A stretch of 62,680 bases of DNA, the filler included, from Syncephalis fuscata S228 (taxonomy: Eukaryota > Fungi > Zoopagomycota): the NCBI GenBank assembly GCA_025786725.1. It is 4 parts of 4 records of this genome, joined end to end, with 100 filler letters (N's around TTAATTAATTAA, not from the genome) between each part and the next. Parts side by side here need not be neighbours in the genome. Positions count along the whole stretch, not along the records: positions 15,736 to 40,388 come from JAHLTZ010000125.1; positions 40,489 to 53,074 come from JAHLTZ010000264.1; 2 more parts are not named here. The stretch is one strand, 5' to 3'. A program made the translations under genes and the position numbers. Positions 38,034 through 50,678 of the stretch are shown piece after piece; position 1 is the stretch's first letter, and the number at the start of each line of letters is the position of its first letter. The notes below the pieces were generated by a model. That model saw only the letters and a program-made list of their open reading frames with translations. It was not told the DNA's origin and did not search any database.

Positions 38034-39378
38034 ATGGCGACTAACAACTCGGTTGGAAGCCAACGATTGCCGTCGCTTATGGTGGCCGATAAGGCCCCAC
38101 CATCTCTTTCGGTGGACCGACCGCAAGTAACAGGATTGGTAAGTGTCTATGTCGGGTACTAGCTAGCGATTAGAAAACAAAGAGCGCCGATAGAACTAAG
38201 AAGCTAACCTGGTCTAATACTATTTATTAGCGGTCACCAGCACGATCTATACGGCACACCGACAGCGATGCCGGTTCTATAAGATCTCTATCGTCGGAAA
38301 CAACCTACGAGTTTGAAGCAGTCTACGAGAATCAACGAGGGTCAGTCGGTCTAGCGTTTATTTGCTTAAAGCTAACATTTGAGTAGCATGTTTGTATTTG
38401 GCGTTCCAAAATTCAGCGCCAAAATGTAAGTATTTGCTAAATGAGCGTCAATTTGTGATGGATTAATTTACGCTGTTGATCTATTTAGGCTCAATGTCAT
38501 CGATCCACCACCGTGGTCAGATAGTGAATTTCGGTAATGATAAATAGATTGTTGATTATTTGCCATTGCTTATTCAAAATACTAGATTTGTATCACCCAA
38601 CTTGCACTCCTACCAACTGCCAGATCCTAACTGGGAATGGGCACATCCTGAATGGACAATTGATATGTCGTATGACGTTGACGAAGAGGGCTGGGAGTAT
38701 GCCTTTCACTTTCATAATTCTTATTGGCATGGTACGAAATAATGGGTAGCGAAAATGACGACTAACACGTAATTAGGTACTTACAATGTTGTTCGGTCGT
38801 TTGTACGTAGGAGACGATGGGTTCGACTGCGCAGACGCAAGGTAAGACAAGCATTGGAGTGAAAGTCATTTAGTAATTAGCCGTGTCCATAAGTTGCATA
38901 ATGAAACAAATATCCATGGACATCCTATACGGTCACGTAGGCCATCGGCACAACCGAATGCACGTGTATCCTCGGTTGGATCAACGGACCAAGAGTTCAA
39001 TCGCCAGCAGAACTGGCTAGTTTCAATGCGTCGTATGCGGATAGACCGGGAAAAACTTGATTATTTGAATCAGTTATTGGAAAGTTCCGCGGGTACAGAG
39101 CGATGGTTAACCAACGAAATGGTAAGTATTAGGTGGAAATCAATCTAAATCGCAATTAACGCGATGGCTATTGTAGCTATTGCAATTTTTATATACGCTT
39201 GATTATCACGCCAATCGCTATCGAGCAATTGAGGTAAGCTGATAACCATTTGTATACGTCGTACTTATTTGCAGTATAGTTAATGAAAAACATGGATATG
39301 AACGCCATGGACGTCAGGTATTGACGCATTTACTTTTTATACCGACCGTATAGCATTACAACAACTCAGTTCAAATAA
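38034..39378 (+). CDS. Dysferlin (DysF)/Pex24-domain protein (Mug65/Spo73-like)
   Basis: VYENQRG, FGVPKFS, DPPPWSD, YQLPDPNWEW...WTIDMSYDVDEEGWEY, SFVRRRRWVRLR, IDREKL. Confidence 0.85.
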
Positions 39379-40388
39379 GGATTCTTGGCATTGTTTAATA
39401 AGATAGTTTTTATAGTTGTACCTATTCTTACTCAGTGTATATCGAATCAATTGGGTAGTAATATATTTAATAAATTATAAACATATTATACCGGCAGTTC
39501 TACTTGATAGTAATTACGTTTATCGCTATAAATCATTATATTTTGCTAGTATACCATATATTGATGTAGCTGTGCCACTTTCTATCCTGATGTAGAATCT
39601 ATTATATCATAGACTATTTATGGTACATAATCGTTATATTTAGTAAAACAACACCTAACAGTATGACTAATAAATGTTAATATATATAATATATATGTAC
39701 TGTAATATATTCTTTAAATCGGGCTTTATCTATTATTAAAGCTCTATACGATTGATTTGATTTTTTTCTGTCACACTTCCTCCGCTGTTTTAATTAATAC
39801 TATCTTGCAACATCGTCAATTATAAAGGCTTATGAAATTTCATGCTATTTAATGTACTTTTTCTTTTAAAAACAATGGGAAAATAATTTATGTATATTTA
39901 CTCTAAACGTAAATCATTGTAACAACTTAAAGTGTCATTTTATGAATAACTGTTATTTACACTGTGCATATCTGCATATCTGTTATAATTAGCGTATTTA
40001 TTTTCCCAACTCTACTTCTTTTGCATGTCACCATTTATAATTGACACATTTATATCAGTAAGTAACACGTCTATTAAACGCAAAGCTTTATACTTTCTAT
40101 CTATTAATCAGCCCATTCTATTTTAAAACGTATTTGCGGTGTGTGTGGTGTGTGGATGCTAGCAGTGCATTGTTGCCGTTTAGAAAGACGTCCACTCAAT
40201 TATCGAGTATTTCCTTTTCTCTCTCTTTCGTTATCATCTTTCAATTTTACTAGTTTCTCCTGCGCCTTTCACTTTGGACGTCATCGAGCTTGCTTTGCCA
40301 CGTTCAGACATTCAACTAGTTAATTTCTAGATACAGCGATCGCTATATGCGTGTATACGTGTGTAGAGGGTGGATGTATATTTGTTAT

Positions 40389-40488
40389 NNNNNNNNNNNN
40401 NNNNNNNNNNNNNNNNNNNNNNNNNNNNNNNNTTAATTAATTAANNNNNNNNNNNNNNNNNNNNNNNNNNNNNNNNNNNNNNNNNNNN
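40389..40488. other. Artificial contig spacer
   Basis: N + TTAATTAATTAA + N. Confidence 0.98.
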
Positions 40489-40551
40489 TGTGACACTGTT
40501 TTGTGTATTTATAGCATCGCAGCACAATTATTGGACATTAAATAGGTAAAT

Positions 40552-40733
40552 AAGCACTACAAAGACATGCACTACGTGTGGTTTTATTGATTCTTTTTTA
40601 GAAAGCAGCAATAGAATGATTTGACAACTTGTATTGAACGTTAAATAGATAAACAAGCACTGTAAAGACGTGCACTACGTGTGGTTTATTATTGGCTATT
40701 CTTTAAAAACAGCAATAGAATGATTTGACAACT
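40552..40733 (+). repeat. Direct duplication of ~78 bp, period ~104 bp
   Basis: AAGCACT..AAAGAC.TGCACTACGTGTGGTTT...CAGCAATAGAATGATTTGACAACT occurs twice. Confidence 0.9.
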
Positions 40734-41123
40734 GAACTGTTTACTAAATATTATGGAGTAACAAATAATATATTGCAAACAATAGATTTTAAATATACAA
40801 ATATAATAAGTGGCGCCATTTGATGTTTATACCTGTTAGGTAGCTAATGGCATTTGTAACATTCTGCGGTAATATACCTGCAAAGTCTGCTGTCTATCAA
40901 TCTTCCTAACCTGTCCTTTACAATAAATACTTGTGTACGGTACATACTCCGTTTGATTGGAATGTATCAAGCTGCCTATAAAATGGCATCTCATTAACAC
41001 ATGATCTCGTTTACAACATTCCACTTGAACAGTCTTTACCAGCCTCTCACTTTTCTATACTCTTACTTTCTGCTTTAAGCACGCCTGGTTTTTGTCAACA
41101 CAACCACCTATAATTTTAACAAT

Positions 41124-41615
41124 ATGCTGCACTACTCAAAGATATTGGCCATTGCCACCGTTTTAGCCGTTGTTCCATGGGTCAGTGCTGGTAAGTAGTT
41201 CTGATTTTATGTTACATTTTACTTACTTGTCAATCTAGATATTGTTGAAATTAACTCACCGGCACAATATAGCACCCAATGTATTGGCAAGCCAATAAAA
41301 ATTGCATACAATGTCTTATATAGAGATATGGCCATAATGACATCAGTTAAAGTCAACTTTGTTTCAGTAAACGGTAAAACTCGCTTTCTTAACATAGCCA
41401 ACAGTAAACGACCATCAGGTGCTGAATCATGGAAATACAGCAAGAGCTGGCCTACATCTGCAAACCTTACTCCTGGCGACTACAAACTTGAATTCAAGGG
41501 TAAAGCTGTCATAAGAAAAATACCAAGTCCAGGCGAGAAATATACCGATATTAATAGCGAGGAATATACCGATATTAATAGCGAGCAATTCATCAAACTG
41601 GCTAAATGTCACTAA
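41124..41615 (+). CDS. Small secreted protein (~147 aa, one intron)
   Basis: Signal peptide MLHYSKILAIATVLAVVPWVSA, intron ~41191-41238, mature DIVEINSP...C...PGDYKLEF...KCH*. Confidence 0.8.
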
Positions 41616-43111
41616 TATTAAATGCTGTATTGAAACATTAGCATTAATATTTTCAAGCTTTATTGCGTAATAAATTGCTCTTATTAATGACAGACAACTT
41701 AATATAATCAAATACTCTATAAATTTTTATAATTATACAGTGTATACTTGCTGATACAAATGCTGTATTATAAACAATTTACAAACAACGACATGGCAGC
41801 GGTTATGTATTTTTTAAAATGGTGTTAATTGCCATATTTTATTTAGATAAAATTTATAAAAAACAATGATAAATATGGTTAATGGCTAAGCAATCAGGTT
41901 GCAGAGTGTGCTAACACCGATGGTATAAGCTGGTGTTAATTTTTGTTGCTAAAAAGACGTTTTTAATTAATTAATGTTATCAATAAATGGTGTTGAGTGC
42001 GCAATCAAAGTATTATTAAATATTGCTATGCTGCACCCATTTACCCTTCCACCTATCTTATAATTAAACCATTGGCAATTACCAATTGCCCATGTTTTCT
42101 CAAATATGCTGTAGTCATTGGTACGTATTGCCAGCTTTAAGTAACTCTAGATTTGATTTATAGCTTCACTTTGCCATCTGGCAAACATAGTAATGAATGA
42201 TACCTTTTTCTTATCAGATAGTGCCTTGGCATGTGCCCTGTATATTTGCCATATTGCTGACGCCACAATACTTTGATTTCTAGAATGGATTTGTTCCATG
42301 CCCACAGTCCATTCAAAACATTTGCCCGTGTAAATTTCGGTATTATTTACTCTGAGTTTAAGTATTTACTAAATACGGCTTAACATGAAAATCCCATAAA
42401 TTAGCACGTTAGAACATCAATATTCCAATGCACCTTCCAAAAACCATAACAACTGTTTTATTACTGTAATTTCTATTCGTTTTACAGCTGTATTTATAGT
42501 ATAACCAGCAAATAAATAGACTAGTATTAAGCGTTGCATCCAATTTATATTGGATTATATCTTTGGTAATAATTGTATTGGAAGATAATAATTTTAAAAG
42601 GTACTATTTATAGCTTATAATTAAATTACAAATTATACATTTATATTAAAACATAGAGCTAATTATCCCTTCAATTATATACTACTTTTATTTAAACATT
42701 GATAAAAAACCAAATTTAATAAATTGTCGCAATTAATTCATCGGTTTTTTTCTTGTTTTTTTCCTAATCCATTTGATGCGATAAGAATACGTAACATTTA
42801 TCTAGCATTTAAAGATTAAATCTTATCAAAATTGCTTTTATTCCAGTTTTGTTCTATAAAAGTAAAATTTATCATTCTATTTTTATAAAGTGCTGTTTTA
42901 AATGGTATTTGGAAATATCATGCGGCGCATACTCAATTTAGCAAGTCCCAACTAACGAGTACCCGTAGGACTTTTAAAAAATTGAATAAATATTAGCAGC
43001 AGTATTACTACGCGCATCGCTTTTAGTTCTTCCTTTTTACGACTCACAGGCTCTTGCCATTGTTATTACTTTCCAGCCAATTATTTGACTTTAACGAACA
43101 ATTTTGTTATA

Positions 43112-44660
43112 ATGATACTTATGAAAAATAGTCAGCTTACTAAGTGGGCCAGTGCTTTGGCATTTATTTTATCTGCGCATCTTGCTTTAGCCACAGCGCA
43201 TAATATTAGCCAGCTCAAAAGTATAACTATTACTAATGCTCAGTTTTATAATTTGTGGCTAATAGCAAATTTTAGATGTTTTAATGAATCGTAAAAGAGG
43301 CCCTCCCGATGGAATCGGTGTTCCTGATAATCTTAATCCAACGAACCAAGAATACTCATGGACACAGAAATATAACTTTCAACGTGTTCTTGTGAAATGC
43401 CGAGCTCCTACTGCTTTTAATAATCAGTTTCAATTTTATCAGGTAATAACTACAAATATTCGGTTGCAAAGTTTGTCATCCTTTAATGTTTATTTTAGGA
43501 TTTTATAAATAAAGCATCTACGCTACGTGGTGTCGCAGGAAACGAATACATTACAGCACCTCTTTTCGACTTTGACATACACGGAAAACGCTGTTTTGTT
43601 CTATTAGACAATTGTCCCTTGTCATTGACCGTTTACTCAGGATATATATCACCGGCTAAAAAAACAGAATTATTTCCTCGTTTATTTAAGCAGTTAATAC
43701 AAGGTAGCTATCCATTGTTAATAGTTTGCTATGCATGTCATTATTAATTAACTACGTTTATTTAGGTGTTAACTATGTACATCAACTTGGATGGGCCAAT
43801 TTAAACCTTGATTTAAACAGTAAGTATTACTGTTTAACTAATGTTTATCGGTATACTAAGCAACAACAATAGGCATTTGTATTAAATTAAACCCAGAACC
43901 AACAATGATGATTTATCTTGATCGTATAAAAAGCTTGAAGCCACTTCAATATAACACCGACCAAACAGTTATACCTAAGCCAGCGTATGATCCCTTCCTA
44001 CTCTACCCAAACGAATGGGTCTCTCAAAATCTTGTAGATCCACGTAAAGCTGACTTATGGAACATTGGTGAAATATTCTACTATGCATTTTTTTCCAACA
44101 TTAAATATTACGAAGGATTAGAAGAGGCAAAGCAAATGGTTGATCACACATTCTCCTCGATTAAAATGCCACGACCAACATCTTCGGTCAATCTACAAGA
44201 AGCGTTTAAAACATTTTTGCCCAAGTTTAAGGATCTCATAAAACATCAATTAAATGATAGCTTAAATTCTTTAAATAGTAACAGTAAAAGCAGCAGTGAT
44301 CTAGCTATTTTGCTTAATTTACATGGCGGTTTCCCTCAACAGCTTATTACAACACGACCACAGACACCGTTTAACGAGATAGTGCTATCGCAAAGTATAA
44401 TCAACCTGTTAAAAACCAGTTTGGGTATTATCTACCATGACGACCATTTTAAACATTATACGCAGTTTATACTTAACGGATTTTATCGTTTGGGCATTAT
44501 AGGTGCTGTAACATTGGATTACACTCAACATCCTAAAATGTACGCTCCTGCACTCAAAATGATCTCTCAACTCTTGGTTTGGTATCCGCAACAACGACCC
44601 ACACCAGAAGATTATATCAAACAATGGATTAGTAGAGAAACTGCTCAAGCTACGTCATAA
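43112..44660 (+). CDS. Secreted full-length pseudokinase (5 exons)
   Basis: Signal-like N-terminus; VLVKC, RCFVL, KQLIQGVNYVHQLGWANLNLDLNSICI (HRD lost), YLD (DFG lost), YPNE, KADLWNIG, LLVWYPQQRPT. Confidence 0.85.
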
Positions 44661-44948
44661 TTAGTCTAATGATTATTTGGATTGGTTGTCATGTTCAAAA
44701 GCACATTATCAATAGTATGGTTATCAAATAGCTGCTTCATTTTACATATTTTACAATTGACTAATAATCATTTTAAACTTTAATACAAAATGCAAGTAAA
44801 ATATAAACGTAACATTATTATTATTGTTGTTGTTATTGTTATTATTACTATTTTAGCGATGGGCACTGAAAGACGCTATAAATGTATAGAATTGGATGGC
44901 AAAAGAGAAAGAAAGAAAGAAGAAAGGAAAATAAAATAAAGTGTGTTA

Positions 44949-47231
44949 TTATTCGCGGAAAGAAACGGTTCGTTTACGTAACGGCATGGCATCTTCCTTT
45001 GTTTGACCACGACGTGGACGACGTGTATAGTCGAGAATAAGGAAACGACCGCCATACCGATCAATTCGGCCAGTAAATGAAGGTGTAACACATAATTCAT
45101 CGTCACGAGCATGTGATCGACTAGAAATTTGTGTAGTGGAGGGAAGTGCTAAATTGCTGAATGGTGAACCTGATCTAAAGGCAGCATCTAACGCATTAAA
45201 TTGCGGCGATGATGTTGTTTGAGGAGCAATTAATGGCGATAAACGCGGTGAAACAGAACGGCTATGTGGTGCATGCGAATGTGGTGTAGGTGCACAAAGA
45301 TGCTGAGTACGCGTTTTTGGGCTTTCGCCCGATGATAGCTCATTATCGGTCGTATTATCAACAGGTTGACATTCCTCCCACTCTGTTGGCCATAGCCAGC
45401 GTAAAGCTAGACCCGTTGTTACATCTACAAGACAACGACGGCCTTCCTCGTTGCTTACTACAGCTACCGAACCAAGGACATGAGCTGGACGCGGTGTAGC
45501 CCATGGCCAATGGCACTGATAGCGTGGAAGGCCATTTGACAACGAAAGAGCTAGACAACGGGGTGGAGCAAGCGCGTCTACATCCAACGAGGCTGCATTG
45601 GCTGCTGACAAGTTATTGCCAACATCGGCGTCAGGATGTAAAAAGAACTGTGCTATACCAGCCTCGGCAAATACTTCAACCGAGTGTAGATCACGATGAC
45701 GTGCCAATTCGCGATCCCACAACAAACAGTTTAAACGTGTAGAATGCAAAGCAACACGAGAACGACGCTGACTATGCGCCACTGTAGCGCCGGATGGGTC
45801 TCTACACTGTGTGTATACCACAAGTACACGATCTGCATCAACGGCATAGACACGTAGCGTATCACGGTCAACACCTTCGATTGGCAACATACCCGCACGC
45901 GATGCACGACGTTGTCCATTGTGTTTAATAGGCGATGGATCGTTATTGGCACTGTTACGCGACCGAACCGACCATTGCTCCCAAAGCATCTGTAGACGAT
46001 GGCCTACAACACCGCAGGCATAGACGAGGAGCGATCGATCGTCGGATGCTTGTACACAGCCATGACCAAGACTGCTGCCGAAATTACCAACTTCGGTGGC
46101 ATTTCGAGCCAGATCGTAGACTGTATACCCGTTGACTGCAGCACCAGATAAAGGTGATCCATAAGTGCTGGTCGAATTGGCCGATCCAGTGCCTTGTGAT
46201 GAGCGTGGCGTCACTAGCCAACGACCACGTAATTCAGTCAATCTAGATGCATCAAATCCATCAACTCGATATGCCATATGTTGATGGCCAGTCTTCCATA
46301 CACAAAGTGTGTGACGGGGTGTAACAAACATTGAGCCGCTATTGTTGGGTACAGGCAAATTGATACCATCCGTAACAGCAGCGGCAATGGAATCAGCGAC
46401 CAACACCACAACAAATCGATCATTAATACGTGCATCTGCCACGCCGGGAATGCGGGCCACGCCCAACGCAGAACGACGAGCGCCTCGGCCACGTAGAACA
46501 CGAGGTGGTGGCGTAGTTAAAACACCAGGTATACCTTGCATACCTTTGTCGGATAATTCGTAGAATCGTGGTGAATAATCTCCCCGATGCTCAACAATGA
46601 TAACTCGACCTTCACGGGCCACTCGTAAAATTGTACCGGCTGCACCACTGGCGAGTACATTGACACGCTCACCTTTCTCGACGGGCAAAATGACTTCACG
46701 TAGACGTGCACGCAGCGGTGCCATTTCTGATGTTTTCTTTTTCAATCTACTCGCTCTACTCACTTCACTTGATTCATCTTGTAAGCCGCCATTACGCCAG
46801 GCCGTTTCTAATTGTCGCCGAGCCAGAAACACTTGATTCCAGCTGATTTCTATGGTATCGTTGGATGCGCCACCAAAGGTAGATACACTATCTTTAAGCC
46901 ACGAACGTAGCCAGTCGCGCTCCTCGTGAGCACTTAATAAATAAGCCGCGCGGTATAAACGACGACCAAAGCCTGGGTCCGCCATTACGGCACGGTGTAG
47001 TTGCCACGAACATGCAGCCAAACGAACAGCTGTACGTAAGTCATCAGGGCTAATAAACCGAACAATACGTTGTAATACTGCGTCTGGAATGCCCAGTGGC
47101 GCATTTAATTTCTCTATGCTTCGTTGATGTCGATGGCCCGATATTTTTACCTTTTCGCTGTAGCGGGTAAGTGTGGATTTACGTGCCGGATTACGAGCGG
47201 GCTTTGTCCAGGGAATCACGTCGGGAGACAT
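44949..47231 (-). CDS. Intronless F-box protein, 760 aa, probable beta-propeller C-terminal part
   Basis: LGIPDAVLQRIVRFI...VRLAACSWQLH F-box-like motif; SWNQVFLARRQLETAWRNG helix typical of F-box/WD-like proteins. Confidence 0.8.
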   Translation of the reverse strand: MSPDVIPWTKPARNPARKSTLTRYSEKVKISGHRHQRSIEKLNAPLGIPDAVLQRIVRFISPDDLRTAVRLAACSWQLHRAVMADPGFGRRLYRAAYLLSAHEERDWLRSWLKDSVSTFGGASNDTIEISWNQVFLARRQLETAWRNGGLQDESSEVSRASRLKKKTSEMAPLRARLREVILPVEKGERVNVLASGAAGTILRVAREGRVIIVEHRGDYSPRFYELSDKGMQGIPGVLTTPPPRVLRGRGARRSALGVARIPGVADARINDRFVVVLVADSIAAAVTDGINLPVPNNSGSMFVTPRHTLCVWKTGHQHMAYRVDGFDASRLTELRGRWLVTPRSSQGTGSANSTSTYGSPLSGAAVNGYTVYDLARNATEVGNFGSSLGHGCVQASDDRSLLVYACGVVGHRLQMLWEQWSVRSRNSANNDPSPIKHNGQRRASRAGMLPIEGVDRDTLRVYAVDADRVLVVYTQCRDPSGATVAHSQRRSRVALHSTRLNCLLWDRELARHRDLHSVEVFAEAGIAQFFLHPDADVGNNLSAANAASLDVDALAPPRCLALSLSNGLPRYQCHWPWATPRPAHVLGSVAVVSNEEGRRCLVDVTTGLALRWLWPTEWEECQPVDNTTDNELSSGESPKTRTQHLCAPTPHSHAPHSRSVSPRLSPLIAPQTTSSPQFNALDAAFRSGSPFSNLALPSTTQISSRSHARDDELCVTPSFTGRIDRYGGRFLILDYTRRPRRGQTKEDAMPLRKRTVSFRE

Positions 47232-47343
47232 GCTACGGTCACTACTACCACTAATACTACTAATATGGTTAGAAAAAGATACTAATAAAATATAAACGCA
47301 GTCTATTAAAGGACCAACGACTCGTCAAAGTGTAGAATAAAAG

Positions 47344-47345
<2 letters not shown>

Positions 47346-47374
<29 letters not shown>
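47346..47374. repeat. (TG)n microsatellite
   Basis: Directly visible; a related tract lies at 47925-47960. Confidence 0.95.
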
Positions 47375-47383
<9 letters not shown>

Positions 47384-50300
47384 AAGACAATAGTGCTTGT
47401 AAGAAGAAAGAATAGGAATGAGAGTGGAAAGTTAGGCCGTGCTCTGGTCGGCGAGAGAAAGGACGGAATATAACAACGAGATTCAGAGAACGCAATAGAG
47501 TGGCTAAAGATAAGAATATAGCTAAGCCACGAGATGAACGTCGTGGAGTCTGGACAAGTCGGTGGAGTCTGACTAAAAAAGGACAAGGCGGTAGAAGCGA
47601 AGGAGGTGCAAATAGATGGCAACCACTCTATTTGGTTGGCCGGTAAAAGATGGCCAAGGTCTAGTATGGAATGCACTCTCTGGTTAATAATATTGACCCG
47701 TAAGAATATTAACCTGCAAGGACACGCACGTAGATATGCACGCACGTACTGGTACACTCGCGCTCGCTATTACTCACGATACTTACAATGAACGCAAGTA
47801 AAAATAGAATAATAGAAAAGTGTGTGATATATTGGTTTAATAAATTATCAAAATACTAAGTAGTTGAATGAATTGATGGCGAGTGACAGATAAAATGCAA
47901 AGATCTAATAAACGTAGAATAAAGCGTGCGTGCGTGTGTGTGCGTGTGTGTGTGTGTGTGGAATGGTTTTACGAAGTTAGAAGAGTCAACTAAAGTACTT
48001 TTAATAAAGTAAAGTGTTATAAAGACTAATAATAATGCTACTATTAGAACTAGAACTATTAATGAGGCGATGACGGATGATGCTGATAAATGTACTATTC
48101 CTGGCGTGATATCATGCCAAGAGGGTTTATTTATGTCTCTGGACAAAGGCGAATTGGCCAGCAATAAGCTAAACATGCCCCGCATCACAGTCGTCGGTGA
48201 TAGGCGGGTACGGCTACACGGCTATGATTATTATAATACGCCGACAAATAATGTACATTATCACAGGTATTGTTGTTGTTATTGTTATTATTGTTATTAT
48301 TATGGTTATTTTCCGTGACTGTTCCGGAAATCGGTTTCGTATCCTTCCTTCCTTCCTTTGATAGAGAAAACGTCTGCCACTTGTCGCCTTGACTCTTCTT
48401 TTTGCTTGTTTCTTCTTCCTTGATTCTCCTTTATCTTCGGTAAGAGAGTGGCAACAGCGTAGGTGAGAATGCGTTGCGTTTGAATAGTGCTTCAGCCATG
48501 AAAGGCCTTCTCCTTGTACAATACTACTCATATTTACCGACTTTTAATCTAGTACCCTTTCCACGTGCGACTAAACTATTTTGAAATGCCAGGGCCGTGG
48601 CTTGTTCTGTTAAAGTTGCCTTTATTTTTTATTACCACAAGTCTATTGTCGTCGTTGTTGCTGCTGCTATTACTAATAGTACTTATTCAACGTGTGTCGT
48701 ACATAATTGTCTGGATTCAACGCAATCCTGATAGCCAAGCAATGATTCGATGTTTCAATCCACCCTTTGACCTGCAGCTCTTGCTGATCCATCTTTTTTT
48801 AGCAATTCATTGTAAAAATAAACATATTGTTTAGTTAGTTCTAGGATTAGTCAACAGCTTGGGCCCACTGCGTTGAATTAGACCATTGTTGTTGTGTGAC
48901 AAGCATTAGTGTATTGTTCTTAATCTATTTATACTGTCCTTGATCTATGAACATTGTCCGTACTAGTATTATTTAATAGTAACTGACTGCATCAATGATA
49001 GATAACAATAACAAATGGGCAAATCATACACACAAAACAACGCAGTGTATCCAACCAAATAACCAGTCTCCATTTGCATCGTTATTTCGTTGTCTACACT
49101 GGTACAATGGTTATTTCCATTATATCTATCGATCATTGTCATAAGCGGCCACTAGGATGGGCCATTTACAGCAATTGCTTAATTTAGTATAGGTCGTGTT
49201 TTCAATTTATCCTTTTCCGGTCAGTTTTCCCCCAATCCTTGAGATTCGTCAACGACCATCGAGCCATTTCACGTGTTGTTTAGTAATACCGCCGTTCTCT
49301 CTTGGCATATTTGCTTTACGACAAGCACGCGTGGATTTGAACGCACTGCTCCGACAAAACCTCGTTAGTACCGTTCTCTTTTTACTCAATTAACACTCCG
49401 TGCTGTATCGTCGCTATTCTTATTATTGCTGCTGTTGTCGCTGTTATTAATATTCTGTCTCTTTATTCTCTTTATCACATCCCGTGCTTACCTATCTGTT
49501 TAACCAACCAACCAACCATTCATATCGCTGGTATTACGCAGCTATTACATCTATACAGCTATATGAGCGCGTGAATACCAAGCTTTGCTTTCGTTTGAAA
49601 ACACCTTTGTCTTAGATACATTCTATTACCTTTCTTTCTTTGTTCTAACCAACACTACTACCACTACTACCTGTGCTCGTTTATTCTAGTAAGTAATCTC
49701 GCAATGGACTATTCATACCAGACAGTATTGCTATGATAAGGGGATGTAATTATTTGTAATAATTGCCATATTTTGGTAAATGGTTTATTATTGTTTGTAT
49801 CGTCTGTAAAGTCTATATAATATGAATAATAGACACATGCCATCCAACTCACAAGGAACTATGGCTACTCAAAACACCATTCGTAACTGCAGCACATGCC
49901 ATGCCTTTAATGCATAAGAATGCATGTTATCACGCAGGGAATATTGCATTTAAAGGATTAACGCCATATGGCTCCTTATTTTATGGTTTTTTGCCTTTTC
50001 TCAGATATTTTATCTTTGTATGGTAAAAGTAGTAATTATTTATTTAATTTTACATGTGATCATTTATATTGTATTGCATATTAACTTAATTTACAGCGTA
50101 TTTAAAACACAACAAAGACATGAGATAATAATAATAATAGCTATATATTATTCGTTTATTTATTTATACTATTGCTTAACGATCTATATGTTATCGTCGG
50201 TTATACAAAATTGTTACATCGGTATAAATTTTCTTTTTTCTCCGTGACTATCCGATCTGAAACTATTATATTAAAATGACGACTTTTGATTGGAACAAGG

Positions 50301-50678
50301 CCGGCACATCTATGCCGAAATGCTATCAATCTATGTTGTCGTTTTAGTAATATTAATTATAAATAAACAGGGATAGATGAACTATGGCAACGCAATACTA
50401 ACTGTTCTTTTTTGTCTTGCTTGTTTTAGATTGCATTGCTTAGTATTCCCGACAAGATTTTTTATTGTTTTACAAAAAATATTAGTCGAGTAAGTAGAAA
50501 TTTATAAATGTCACTGAAACCTTGTTCGCTAATGACGTTTCACCAGATTTCTTTTCTGTTTACCATTTGCATTCTTGCATGTGATGGTGTACCACCTTCA
50601 TTTCTAAATCGATATTCATAGCTCTAGATTCATTAGCAAACAACAAGTCACTGGACTGTATTTTAAAGCAATTACGCT

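Noticed and set aside
42050-42450. Possible minus-strand gene relic (…EIYTGKCFEW…)
   Set aside because: Stop-riddled and too degenerate to assign to the pseudokinase or any other family.
47269-50250. Multiple 60-160 aa ORFs in the long intergenic region
   Set aside because: Driven by microsatellites and low complexity, with no coding signal.
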